In this document: positions 34,561 to 44,533 of the stretch, in pieces
How the letters are laid out: every line of letters begins with the position of its first letter
Position numbering within the stretch: the first letter of the stretch is position 1
NCBI GenBank assembly: GCA_000004985.1
Contig: GG738866.1
DNA: 64,000 bases
Direction: 5' to 3' (one strand)
DNA from: Naegleria gruberi
Lineage: Eukaryota
Program-made: the position numbers and the translations under genes
The notes under the pieces: generated by a model
The model's database searches: none
The model's input: only the letters and a program-made list of their open reading frames with translations
Told to the model about the DNA's origin: nothing

Positions 34561-34605
34561 TTTTTAAAAATAAAATAATATTTTTTTAAAATAAAGAATA
34601 AAAAA

Positions 34606-35103
34606 ATGTCATCCAAGAAATCCGCCAGTATCCAACAATTGCTCGCCGCTGAACAAGAAGCCACAGAAATTGTGAAGGAAGCCAAGAAACGTAAGTAGTA
34701 AATTAAAGATTGTCAATCATCAAGAATGTTCATCGGCGATGTGTCATTATATTTGATGCAAATATTTACTTTGCAATGGAATCGTGATTATCATCAACAA
34801 ACAACAGAAAGATTAATCAAGTTGAGAGAAGCTAAGGAAGAAGCTGAAAAGGAAATTGCCAAGTTCAAAGCTAGCAAGGAACAATACTTCCAAAAATTCA
34901 CAAAGGAACAATTGGAAGTCGGTGGTACTAACAATGAATTACAACAAAAGAAGGTCCAAATCATCTATAACATCAAACAAAAGACTCAACAAAAGAGACC
35001 TGATATTGTTAAATTCGTTGTCGACAACGTTATTAATGTTAACACTGACTTGGAACAAGAACAAGAAGCCTTCATCGAAAAGAAGAAGAAAGGAATTTTC
35101 TAA
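34606..35103 (+). CDS. vatG: V-type H+-ATPase subunit G. Exons: 34606..34690, 34808..35103.
   Basis: Exon 1 reads MSSKKSASIQQLLAAEQEATEIVKEAKK then C|GTAAGT. Exon 2, after the ACAG acceptor at 34807, reads QRLIKLREAKEEAEKEIAKFKASKEQYFQK..., matching subunit-G consensus (IQQLLQAE...A.KRKA.RLKQAKEEA..E). This is the only acceptor in the right phase, giving a 117-nt intron. Total 127 codons. Confidence 0.8.
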
Positions 35104-35373
35104 ATTTTGTTATTAATTTTAAACATGTAAACTTCACTCCTCCCTCCACAGCTAGTATTTCCTTGGAAACAACAAGTGGATACTGGTCGTTTTCTTCCAA
35201 ACAACCCACATAAAAATATTATTTTAAAATCAAAACCAGGGAACATTTTGTAAAATGGCAGATGTGCTATTCAAGATATTGAATTCAACTGTTCATGTTT
35301 CAGTAGACAACTGTGGAAAAGATAAGAAAGTTTCAGCTTCTTAAAATCTGGTTAGAAAATAAAAAGTATTGAG

Positions 35374-35446
35374 TGGAGATGCGGGGTATCGATCCCCGTA
35401 CCTCTTCCATGCTAAAGAAGCGCTCTACCATGTGAGCTACATCCCC
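35374..35446 (-). tRNA. tRNA-Ala (anticodon AGC).
   Basis: The reverse complement is GGGGATGTAGCTCACATGGTAGAGCGCTTCTTTAGCATGGAAGAGGTACGGGGATCGATACCCCGCATCTCCA. It has a 7-bp acceptor stem with the G3:U70 Ala identity pair. The D-arm is GCTC/GAGC. The anticodon stem is CTTCT/GGAAG, with loop TTAGCAT. The T-arm is CGGGG/CCCCG. A T-run follows in the 3' trailer. Confidence 0.85.
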
Positions 35447-35602
35447 TTACATTCACGTTGAAAATTTTCTTATCAAGAATAACAACAATTGTTCATCTGA
35501 TTATTTAATACTCTTCTTAACAAACTATTGTTGTTAACAATTTCTGTGATTGGTGCTGATTTACTTGATAATAGTTTTTACAACTTGTTCTATTATTAAA
35601 AA

Positions 35603-36883
35603 ATGAAAAGATTTGTTCCTCTTGCAAAACAACACAAAGGTCTTCCAATTCTTCTCAGAAATTCTACCTTCGCATCACCAACATTATTTTCCGAAGGTGG
35701 TAAAAAGAAGTTTTGTTGCAATCTTTATCAACGAGAAGGAAAATTCGATGATGAGAAATATAATGATAAAAAGCTCAAGTATGAACAACAACTTTCTCCT
35801 CTTCAAGTCTTTTTTGATTATAAACAATTCTTGATTGGAGGTACATTTGGTATATTTGGGGATTTATTAAAATATAGAGAAATGAGAAAGGAAATTTCCT
35901 ATAGACCATTTAGAGTTGCTAGTAGAAAGGAAATGTTATTTATGAATGGATTTAGATTTGATTTTGTTAAATTGTTAATACCAGCTTCAGGCATTTTCAT
36001 GTATCCAAAATTATTACTTGTTTATTTGCCTTTATGTTATTATTATCCTAGCATTAGACCTTCCTATTATCAATCTGATTCACTTAAAAAGGCTATCAGA
36101 GAAAATTCTCATCAAATGAGAAAAGAACAAAGAGATCTTATCATTCAAGAAGTTTTGAGATTAACATCAAATATACATACTATGAATTATGGACAACAAG
36201 ATACAAGAGTGAGTGAAGATATTGCATTGCTATTGTCTGTCATTCAAAAAATTAATGCACTTAAAACTCATAATCTCCCTATTCATTTACTACCAAACTT
36301 GGATTCTTTGCTAAAAGATTTGAAACAATTGGATCAATCAGAATTATTTAATAATCACTTGACAATTGAAAAGTTTTCAGACTCTGTTATTGATAGCTTG
36401 TGTAGATTCAGTTTTGTTGCAAGACTTATTTTCAATGGTATCAGTGGTGTCTTTAAATTGACAAGTAGTGGATCTATCGTAGGAAGTAGATCAGGTGGAT
36501 TGGAATCAAACATTCACTCTATCAAGTATATGATCAAGCATTTATTTATGGGTGCCTCTGCCAGCAATACTTCATCTATCAGATCGATGGTTCCTATTAG
36601 TTATAAGAGAAAGATGTTGAAATACTATTTGAATTTAATTAGACAAGATGATCACTTCATACAGCAAGTTATTGATACAATGAGCTTGAAGGAAATGATT
36701 GAAGCAAGTTATGTTCGTGGATTTGTGCACGATTGGAAATTTAAAGAAATTAAGGAGGAAGATATGAAGGTTAACCATAGAGAAATTATTGAAAGATACT
36801 TCAAATTGTGGTGTGAATTTAGCTCTTCAGTCCAAAATGACAATTTATTCTTATTGACAACTGTTTTGTTATTTATTCATTGA
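35603..36883 (+). CDS. LETM1-like domain protein, probably mitochondrial.
   Basis: ATG at 35603. The N-terminus is basic and presequence-like (MKRFVPLAKQHKGLPILLRNSTFASP). There is a hydrophobic hairpin (LLIPASGIFMYPKLLLVYLPLCYYYP). The C-terminal SLKEMIEASYVRGF...HREIIERYFKLWCEFSSSVQNDNLFLLTTVLLF matches the LETM1 pattern (LS..EL..AC..RG...L...L..WL.LS...P.SLLLLS). Confidence 0.5.
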   Translation: MKRFVPLAKQHKGLPILLRNSTFASPTLFSEGGKKKFCCNLYQREGKFDDEKYNDKKLKYEQQLSPLQVFFDYKQFLIGGTFGIFGDLLKYREMRKEISYRPFRVASRKEMLFMNGFRFDFVKLLIPASGIFMYPKLLLVYLPLCYYYPSIRPSYYQSDSLKKAIRENSHQMRKEQRDLIIQEVLRLTSNIHTMNYGQQDTRVSEDIALLLSVIQKINALKTHNLPIHLLPNLDSLLKDLKQLDQSELFNNHLTIEKFSDSVIDSLCRFSFVARLIFNGISGVFKLTSSGSIVGSRSGGLESNIHSIKYMIKHLFMGASASNTSSIRSMVPISYKRKMLKYYLNLIRQDDHFIQQVIDTMSLKEMIEASYVRGFVHDWKFKEIKEEDMKVNHREIIERYFKLWCEFSSSVQNDNLFLLTTVLLFIH

Positions 36884-36927
36884 GGAATTTAAAATAAATT
36901 AATTTGGTTTTTACAATATATGTACAT

Positions 36928-37758
36928 TTAGTTTGTAATTCTATTAACCCATCCATAAGTAATCAAGGCAAATAAAACAATAATAATTATAATCATTAGA
37001 GCAATACCTCCAACCATGTAATATTTTCTTCTTGTCATGTTATTTAAAAGTCTGTCATTAATTACTAAATCACCTTGCACTCCTCTAAGTTTGTGTTTTG
37101 TGTTTTCCATTTGTTCTCTTTGTGATTTCAACATACCCAAAGATTCAGTTCCCGATGATTCAATTTCATGCATTAATTGCATAGATCGATTGAGACTTTG
37201 ATCACTCGATCTCAACAATCTCTCAGTTTCAAAGAGTGCATTATTATTGGAACTTCTTCCATATTCCAAATCCTCATCCTCATCATCACTCAACGACTGA
37301 TTACTGATAGGCTCATTATTTGATGAAATTACATGTTGATTCAATAAAAATTGTCTCTCCATTACATTATATCTATTTTGATAATATTTCAACTGTTGCT
37401 TGTATTGTTGTGTCTGACTAGTTGATGATGATGACAATTCATAGAGTTGAATATTTTGTCGCAATTTTTGCAACAATTTTTGATATCCATCCAACGATGT
37501 TCTATCATTATTGACTTGATAATTTTGTAGTGAATTAAATTGTTCTTGAATTTCCGTTTCATATTGTGCTCCTTGTTTTTGCAAGGGATCATCGTGATTG
37601 TTGTTGGTTATTATATTTGATGATGCTAAATTATTAGAATGACCAACGAGAAGGGATGGTGACCGAGTATCGGAAATTTCAATATCCTGATCCTCCGGTC
37701 CAAGAGCACTCATAAACAATGAGGAAGCTTGTGAGAGAACACTCTGAGATAAATCCAT
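36928..37758 (-). CDS. Golgi Qb-SNARE (GOS28/membrin/Bos1-like).
   Basis: ATG at 37758. It is tail-anchored (YYMVGGIALMIIIIIVLFALITYGW). A membrane-proximal SNARE heptad motif is present (LLRSSDQSLNRSMQLMHEIESSGTESLGMLKSQREQMENTKHKLRGVQGDLVINDRLLNNMTRRK), with the central-layer Gln in LKSQREQ. Confidence 0.55.
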   Translation of the reverse strand: MDLSQSVLSQASSLFMSALGPEDQDIEISDTRSPSLLVGHSNNLASSNIITNNNHDDPLQKQGAQYETEIQEQFNSLQNYQVNNDRTSLDGYQKLLQKLRQNIQLYELSSSSTSQTQQYKQQLKYYQNRYNVMERQFLLNQHVISSNNEPISNQSLSDDEDEDLEYGRSSNNNALFETERLLRSSDQSLNRSMQLMHEIESSGTESLGMLKSQREQMENTKHKLRGVQGDLVINDRLLNNMTRRKYYMVGGIALMIIIIIVLFALITYGWVNRITN

Positions 37759-37949
37759 TGCTTATTAAAGTGTGATGATGAATTTTTTTTTGATTTTGAA
37801 AATTTAATTTTGCAGTTTTTTTTAATGATCAAAACTTTCTAATAAGTTTCAAATTTGGAAATTGACATGATAATCATTGAGAATGATATTCAAAAAGTTG
37901 TGTTTTTCAATGAAATACTCATATTGCTTGCAAATGGTTCATTCAAAAT

Positions 37950-39282
37950 TTATTGATTCTTTTGAGATTCGGCTGTTTCATTCGAAGAAGTAGTAGAAAC
38001 ATTTTCCAACTTGTTCTTTTCTTCCAATTTGCTTCTCAAATTCTTCACTTCATTCACCAATAATTTCTTATGTTTCGTATATTCCTTAGTTTTTTCCTCC
38101 AATTGCAAATTTTCACTCTTTAAGGCAAGCACCTGTTTCTTCAACTGTTCCACCTCCACATTATTCTCCAATTGTTCCTGCAATTTTCTGTACAATTGTC
38201 TCAGTGTACTACACGATTCCTGTAAGACAAATTCATTCACTGCATTCAATCTCTCAGTAGGATGACTCGAAATGGTAATATTATTCTTTGGAGTGATTGG
38301 TTCGTAGGGAGAATGAGTCTTCTCCTCCTCTGAGTCCTTATTCACAAATTGATTATAGTACAAATAGAGATCGTCAATTGAGGAAATTTCCAATTGATCA
38401 TTTTCAGGTAGGACTAGTTTTTCCAATCGTTTAATTCCTTGAACTAGTTTAATGAGACCTTGCTTTTCGAATTGATCCAAACTTTCATTCCATTTCTCTG
38501 CATCACCAACGATTCGTCTTCGTGATTGGACGATTTTTGAATTATTGCCAGTTGAATTGTTTCGTGGAGATTCCAATGTATTATTATTATTCGAATTAGT
38601 TGTGGATGATGAATTATCGGAACCATCTTGAGATTCTTGTTGTTGATTCGAATAGGCAACTTTAGTTATTTTATCAATCCAATCATTTCTATCATCTTCA
38701 TATTCAGTTGCTAATACGAAACGTCTACTCTGCACAGATAATACAAATCCAAACATATTATCACGTGGCAGATCATTTTCATGACTATTTCCATTGTTAT
38801 TCGAAACATTTTCTGTATTCGAATTACGAGCAGAAACAAATACTTCCCTGCTCGGACGTAAATAAACAGCACCCAGAGGATGATGTGGATCACTCATAAC
38901 CTCAGCTTGTGATTTAAAATACAATAAGAAACCTTCTGAAAGTAGAATAAAGAACCTTCTCTTCCATCCCTTGTTGATTTTAGAGCCTTTCTTTTGGAGC
39001 CATCCACTATAGACACAAGTTGGTGATTCTATCAAGTAACAATAGGAGCTACCACTCACTTCCAACACTTGAATTTGTAGACGAATTATTATTCGAAACA
39101 TTTTCTGTATTCGAATTAGAGGGTGGACTGTTTGAATTCTTATAAGAATTGGATGATGAATTTGTTTGTTGTTGAGTTGTTCGTTTATGATTAGACGAAA
39201 CTTGTTCTAAATCTCCATCATCTTCAAGATTTAAACTCTTTCGACTATTAAATCGGAGAAGAATCGTCTGAGGAAGATGCAT
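37950..39282 (-). CDS. PH-domain protein with a C-terminal coiled coil. Probably two exons, 39282..39060/39069 and 37950..39028.
   Basis: ATG at 39282 (MHLPQTILLRF...). The N-rich ORF 39049..39282 and the PH-domain ORF 37950..39101 are in different frames. A GTGAGT...GATAG intron of 31 nt (39029..39059) joins them in frame, as does a 40-nt intron using the GTGTTG donor at 39068. The PH fold is GWLQKKGSKINKGWKRRFFILLSEGFLLYFK...FGFVLSVQSRRFVLATEYEDDRNDWIDKI. The coiled coil is EQLKKQVLALKSENLQLEEKTKE. Confidence 0.5.
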
Positions 39283-39789
39283 TTCGAATAATAATTAACT
39301 GATGTTGTTGATTAGTTTTTTAAAGTGGTGTTTCTGTTTTAATGTCCATCCAGAGAAGTTGATGGGAACAATTTTTGCATGTCACACTCACAAATATCTT
39401 GTCTATTGATTGTTCTGAATTGTTGACATTGTTATTATTCGAAAGTGATGATAATTAATGATAATATTGTTCAAACTTTGAATTTGATTGTTTGCTAAAC
39501 TATGTTACAGCTCTCTATCAGCTGCTAACCAATTACGATTGTCAATTTACAAGCTGTTGTAAATATTCATTCGAAATAGGATAGCTCTGTATGGAGAAAC
39601 AATGAAAAATTAAAAGAAGAATGTGTGTAGTGAAAAAACAAAATGAAAATACCAATGAAGAAGAGAAATACAGGAGTTTCAGTTTTGTAATGTTGTAATT
39701 TTTCAGTTTCAACAATATTTTCACTGATAAGGTTTCGGTAAGATTCGAATGCATTAGTTTTTGCGCCAAGTCAATTCACCAATTAAAAA

Positions 39790-41919
39790 ATGTCAATACA
39801 AAAAGCAACAAGCCTGCTATTCATTTCATCTTGTTTCTTGTTTATTTTCCTACTTTCTAACTGCCATCAATTTGTTGTTGAAGGAAAGTTATTTGGGCGG
39901 GAAGAAAAAGTGGCACACAGTTGGCTATCAATGGATCGATATGTGGAAATTTATTCGAATGGAAAGGAATGGGTCATGAATATGATTAGTTTGATAAAAG
40001 TTTCGTCTATGAATTGTTATCATCAAATAGGAAATTTTATTAGAAATATTTCGTTCCGAGTGTTGATGGACAAGATGACGAATGTAACGGTGCATATTTA
40101 TCATTCAATAGTTTGGTATATTGTATCATTGTTTGATTATATTTATTCGAATTATATTCGAAAGTATCATCAAGTTACTGATAGAAAGAATGAGAAAAAT
40201 TTGGAATATTATTATTGGATTGCCTATTGTGTAATTGTTATTAGCGTGTTATCATCCATTCTTTTTTTCATTCTTTACAAAATCTTTAAAATTCTCAAGA
40301 TGAAATATGATAAGAGAAGAGAAGAAAAAACAAAGGAAGAAAAATTGAGACAACAACGAATTACAACTCTATACGAAATATTGGTGAGCGAGAGACAATA
40401 TTGTGAATATTTAAAGTTTTTGCATGATCAATACTATTTACCTCTGGAAAAGGGAGAAATTTCAAAGCAAATTGAATTGAATAGTACAATAGAACAAGAC
40501 AAGACAAAGAGAAATATTGTAGACTTTGAACCAGTTCACTATTATAAGAGATCTGAATGTTTGCTCATTCCTACAGAATTGGAAAATATTATCATGCTCA
40601 ATAATCGATTTTTGAGAAGTTTGGAATGTGAAATTCTTGGATGGCACACAAAAGACAGACTCATGTACAATATCTACCGATACAGTGTCAAGGTAATTGG
40701 AAATATCTTTAGAAAATCAGAGGTGGAGGGAGTTCAGGATTTATCAGACTCAATTGACCAAGCTCCTCAAACACCAACAATTCTCACTAAAAAACCACTT
40801 CCTACCATACCAGGAGTCTCTGAAAAGATTGATAATTTTGGTTATAATATCAAATCAGTGAGGGAGAAGTGTAATATTTTGGAGAATTGCTTCAAAGAGT
40901 ATACGCAAGCCTTTGTTATTTATGCCATGTTTATTTGTAAATATAATGAATGTAGAACGAATATTAATGAGCTGAGTAAGCAATTTCCATATTTTGCAGA
41001 GCAATTGAAAAAGGCAAGAAGCTTGAAGGGATCAAATTCACTTGATTTAATGTCATTCATTGTCATGGTACCTCAAAGATTACCAAGATATGCCCTATTT
41101 TTGAAACAACTTGGAAAGTTTACAAATTTACAAGATCCACAATTTAAAGAAATTGAAGCAGCAATCAAAGAAATTGAAAGGATTACCTACAAGGTCAATT
41201 CATTTGTTAAGGATTATCAAAATCAAACATTGGTCATTACTGTTAAGGATAGCATCATTAATAAGGTTCCATCATTCAAGAGTATTGAAGATGATTTTGT
41301 TCAACCTCACAGAAGATCTGTTGGATCATTCAAAGTCACTCCAATCAGATCAAAGGAAGAATTGCAAGGTGATGATCAGACACCACGTACTCAACTCCAA
41401 ACTGTTGAGATACATGTCTTTGTTGATTTAACTATAGTGATAACTTCAAAGCCAAGAATTCTTCCAATCAAAACTAAAGAAGAAAAGGGATTCTTTGGAT
41501 TTTTCACTCCAAGAAATAAGGAGAAACGCAATTCTCTTCAAGCAGACCCTACTGTGGAGGAGATGATTTATGAGGTTTATTATTGTGAAAATTCACAAAT
41601 TTCCATGTTTTCTCAATCTTCTGATTGCCTCATTCTGGAATTGAATAAGAGCAAGTACTTTACCAACAACATAACAGAAGAAAAATCCCCACAAAAGGAA
41701 AAAGAAAAGAAGGAGAAAAAGAATTTGCCACTTCCAAACAAGTCAATCTCTAAACTTGTTCATTTAGATAAGAAGGATGAGCACACAGTGAATTTCATTC
41801 AAATATTTGAGAAATTATCTGGACAAAAACATACCGAGTTCTCTGTTGTAGAAGAAGGATTAATGTCCAATTCAAAATTACTTACCTTAATGGCAAGTTA
41901 CATCAATGAGAATAATTAG
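39790..41919 (+). CDS. Membrane-anchored RhoGEF (DH domain).
   Basis: ATG at 39790. It has an N-terminal signal/TM (LLFISSCFLFIFLLSNC) and another TM (IAYCVIVISVLSSILFFILYKIF). Then a clear DH domain: TLYEILVSERQYCEYLKFL...NECRTNINELSKQFPYFAEQLKKARS...LDLMSFIVMVPQRLPRYALFLKQLGKFT, where the last stretch is the classic L.SFLIKPVQRIPRY.LLLKEL block. A K/E-rich tail follows. Confidence 0.65.
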   Translation: MSIQKATSLLFISSCFLFIFLLSNCHQFVVEGKLFGREEKVAHSWLSMDRYVEIYSNGKEWVMNMISLIKVSSMNCYHQIGNFIRNISFRVLMDKMTNVTVHIYHSIVWYIVSLFDYIYSNYIRKYHQVTDRKNEKNLEYYYWIAYCVIVISVLSSILFFILYKIFKILKMKYDKRREEKTKEEKLRQQRITTLYEILVSERQYCEYLKFLHDQYYLPLEKGEISKQIELNSTIEQDKTKRNIVDFEPVHYYKRSECLLIPTELENIIMLNNRFLRSLECEILGWHTKDRLMYNIYRYSVKVIGNIFRKSEVEGVQDLSDSIDQAPQTPTILTKKPLPTIPGVSEKIDNFGYNIKSVREKCNILENCFKEYTQAFVIYAMFICKYNECRTNINELSKQFPYFAEQLKKARSLKGSNSLDLMSFIVMVPQRLPRYALFLKQLGKFTNLQDPQFKEIEAAIKEIERITYKVNSFVKDYQNQTLVITVKDSIINKVPSFKSIEDDFVQPHRRSVGSFKVTPIRSKEELQGDDQTPRTQLQTVEIHVFVDLTIVITSKPRILPIKTKEEKGFFGFFTPRNKEKRNSLQADPTVEEMIYEVYYCENSQISMFSQSSDCLILELNKSKYFTNNITEEKSPQKEKEKKEKKNLPLPNKSISKLVHLDKKDEHTVNFIQIFEKLSGQKHTEFSVVEEGLMSNSKLLTLMASYINENN

Positions 41920-41939
41920 AAATTAAAAAGGAAAATAAA

Positions 41940-44324
41940 TTATTTCTTCAGTTTATTTCTGAGAATCTTTGGAACATAGACATTTTCGGAAGCCTTTTGG
42001 GTTTCAATCTTTGTTTCTGGTTTAGATGACTTTTTCAGACGAGACATAAGGTCAGCCTTTGTGAGTGATTTAACTTTAACTGGTTTAGCATCAACTACTG
42101 GCTTGACAATGACTGGTTCTTCAACCATTTCTTCACCATCTTCTTCGGCTTCTTCATCATCTTCATCTTCGTCACCAATGATAATATCTTCACCATCAAT
42201 TTCTTCGTCATCATCTTCACCTTCTTCGGCTTCTTCGTCATCATCCATGATTTCATCATCGTTGAATTGAGCATAGACTTCATCCCAATCGACTGGTTCG
42301 TCGTCATCATCTTCATCTGCAACGACAACATCCTTCTTTGCGTCCTTCAAAAGCTTCTTCTTTTTAGCATTTTGAGATTCAATCTTTTTCATTTGTTCCT
42401 TGGTTGGCTTGGCGAGTTCCTTACTAAGTTCGTCAACCTTGCCATCTGGAATAATACCAACACCCTTCATGTCGTGTTTTGAGTAAACAACAGCCAATTG
42501 ATCATCAGTCTTTAACTTGTAGAACAATTGCTTAATATTGTGATTCAAAAGTGGATTTCTCTTCTTTTGCTCGAATTCACCCTTCAAACTTCTCATTTCA
42601 GTCTTTTCAATATCATCTTCGAAAGGTGGAATGATAAACCATGGAAGTCTACCACGTTGCCAATCGTGAACAATCTTTTTAGCAACAGATTGAACATCTG
42701 GAATACCTCCCTTACCCAATCTACCACTTCTATAAGCAAGTTGAGTGAGGAAATCATGGTGATCCTTCCATGTCAAAATTTGATATGTACGTTGAATATA
42801 TTCTGGTTTCATACGATGGAGAATGACACGAATAACATCTACCAATTCATCAGGAGTAACAGTTTCAACACGAACAACTCCCTTCAATACGTTATCAGCA
42901 ACTCTATTCATATATTGATATTCCTCATCAGCAACAGATGTAGTATATGTATTCTTCAATTTATATTGTTCACCACCATCAGTAGTGTGAACAACACCAG
43001 GACAATCGATCAAGAAAATACGTCTCATCAAAGCAACATATTGCCAAACCTTAGTTTCACCAGGAATTGGAGCAGCTTTACAGACCTTCTTCTTTCTCAA
43101 AGTATTAATAACACTTGATTTACCAACGTTTGGATAACCCAAAAGACCAACACTGATACTTGGCTTATCACGATGGACTTGAGCATATTGTCTAAGTAAT
43201 TGAATCAATGCACCCTTACCGAATGGATTTTCAACACTGGCGTGGAATGCAAGACATGGATATTCTTGTGAGAGAATTTTAACCCATCTGACTGTCACCC
43301 AAGTTGGAACCAAGTCACACTTATTCAAAATGAAAACAACATGTTTGTGTGGCTTTTCCTTCTTAAGATATTGTTCAATATGATAACAACGAGTACCAAT
43401 TGGATCTCTGGCATCAAGAACAATAAGTAAAACGTCACTAGAGTCAACAACCTTGTACAATTCACCCCAAATACGTTTAGAAGTACCACGTTGAGTACAT
43501 GGATCATATAAATGGGATCTAACAAATCCACTTGAAGCCATAACTGAAGAAACATCTTGAGCATTAGTACCTTCCTTATGGAGATAATAATATTCATTAG
43601 GAACGTATAATTGTTTCTTATCCTTAACTGGTTCATAATCTTGTTGTTTCTTACCAGCTTGACCAAGTAATTCCAACAAATCGTTAGATAATAAATTTGG
43701 CCTCTTACGTTGAGCCTTGTTTCCGAAAGTTTCTTGGAAGTTAATTTGTCTCTTAATTTGGAAAGTACTAGATTGATGCAAAGCATGAATATTATCACTT
43801 GTTGGTACTAAAGTTTCACCTCCCACAGAAGGAATTGTTGGTTTTGTTGGTGCTAATATCGAAGAAGAAGTAGCAGTTGGTGTAGTGTTAGCTTGAAGGA
43901 GAGAAACTGGGACTTTTGATCTTTTTAAGAGAATTGTATATGGATCGTGAATTTTCTTTTCCAATGCAGTTCTGAACTTGGACATTTCTTGTTGACCAAT
44001 CACACGAGTATTGTTAAACCATTTACGATCTGGAGCAATTCTAGCCATTTCACCCTTGGCAATTTGTTGTGATTTTGGAGTAACATAACCTTTGATAATT
44101 TCACCATCTTCATTTCTCTTAACTTTAGATGTATACATCAACAAACGTTTAATGGTACCACGAGAACGCAATTGTGTTGGACCTTTACCAATCTTGGTCT
44201 TATCAACTTTACGATTTTGATTTAAAGAGTGACTCTTTTCTTTACGTTTCTGTTTAGTAGTGTTCTTAGAGAGAACATTTGGGACTTTAACTCTCTTGCC
44301 CGATGATGATGATGCTGGAGGCAT
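41940..44324 (-). CDS. NOG2: Nucleolar GTP-binding protein 2 (NOG2/GNL2), a circularly permuted GTPase.
   Basis: ATG at 44324. G4 (ILNKCDL) and G5 precede G1 ([14 protein letters not shown]), which precedes G3 (FLIDCPGVV). The N-terminal NGP1NT-like basic region and the long acidic D/E tail are typical of Nog2/Nug2. Confidence 0.85.
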   Translation of the reverse strand: MPPASSSSGKRVKVPNVLSKNTTKQKRKEKSHSLNQNRKVDKTKIGKGPTQLRSRGTIKRLLMYTSKVKRNEDGEIIKGYVTPKSQQIAKGEMARIAPDRKWFNNTRVIGQQEMSKFRTALEKKIHDPYTILLKRSKVPVSLLQANTTPTATSSSILAPTKPTIPSVGGETLVPTSDNIHALHQSSTFQIKRQINFQETFGNKAQRKRPNLLSNDLLELLGQAGKKQQDYEPVKDKKQLYVPNEYYYLHKEGTNAQDVSSVMASSGFVRSHLYDPCTQRGTSKRIWGELYKVVDSSDVLLIVLDARDPIGTRCYHIEQYLKKEKPHKHVVFILNKCDLVPTWVTVRWVKILSQEYPCLAFHASVENPFGKGALIQLLRQYAQVHRDKPSISVGLLGYPNVGKSSVINTLRKKKVCKAAPIPGETKVWQYVALMRRIFLIDCPGVVHTTDGGEQYKLKNTYTTSVADEEYQYMNRVADNVLKGVVRVETVTPDELVDVIRVILHRMKPEYIQRTYQILTWKDHHDFLTQLAYRSGRLGKGGIPDVQSVAKKIVHDWQRGRLPWFIIPPFEDDIEKTEMRSLKGEFEQKKRNPLLNHNIKQLFYKLKTDDQLAVVYSKHDMKGVGIIPDGKVDELSKELAKPTKEQMKKIESQNAKKKKLLKDAKKDVVVADEDDDDEPVDWDEVYAQFNDDEIMDDDEEAEEGEDDDEEIDGEDIIIGDEDEDDEEAEEDGEEMVEEPVIVKPVVDAKPVKVKSLTKADLMSRLKKSSKPETKIETQKASENVYVPKILRNKLKK

Positions 44325-44533
44325 GTTTTAAAAATCGGATTAAAATTTTGAAAAAAGGAAAAAATTTGGGAAGTTAATAAGTGGTGGTTTTTTTTTCAAA
44401 GACAATTTATTTTATTTTTAAAAATGCAACCACCTCAAATATTTACTTGAAAGCAGAATATTCAACAACAGGTAAATTGACAAGGTTGTTGTGAATGTTT
44501 GATCTTGATCATGTTTTTTGAAGTTTGGATTAT

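Noticed and set aside
35104-35600. Retrotransposon or mobile element targeting the tRNA-Ala genes, as TRE/DGLT elements do in Dictyostelium.
   Set aside because: No reverse transcriptase, integrase or long repeat-flanked ORFs appear within about 1 kb of either tRNA copy. The flanking genes are ordinary cellular genes.
42061-43118. Plus-strand ORFs 42061..42270, 42267..42482 and 42528..43118, and the minus-strand ORF 43325..43798, within NOG2.
   Set aside because: They lie opposite or out of frame within a confidently identified conserved GTPase gene. Composition is low complexity.
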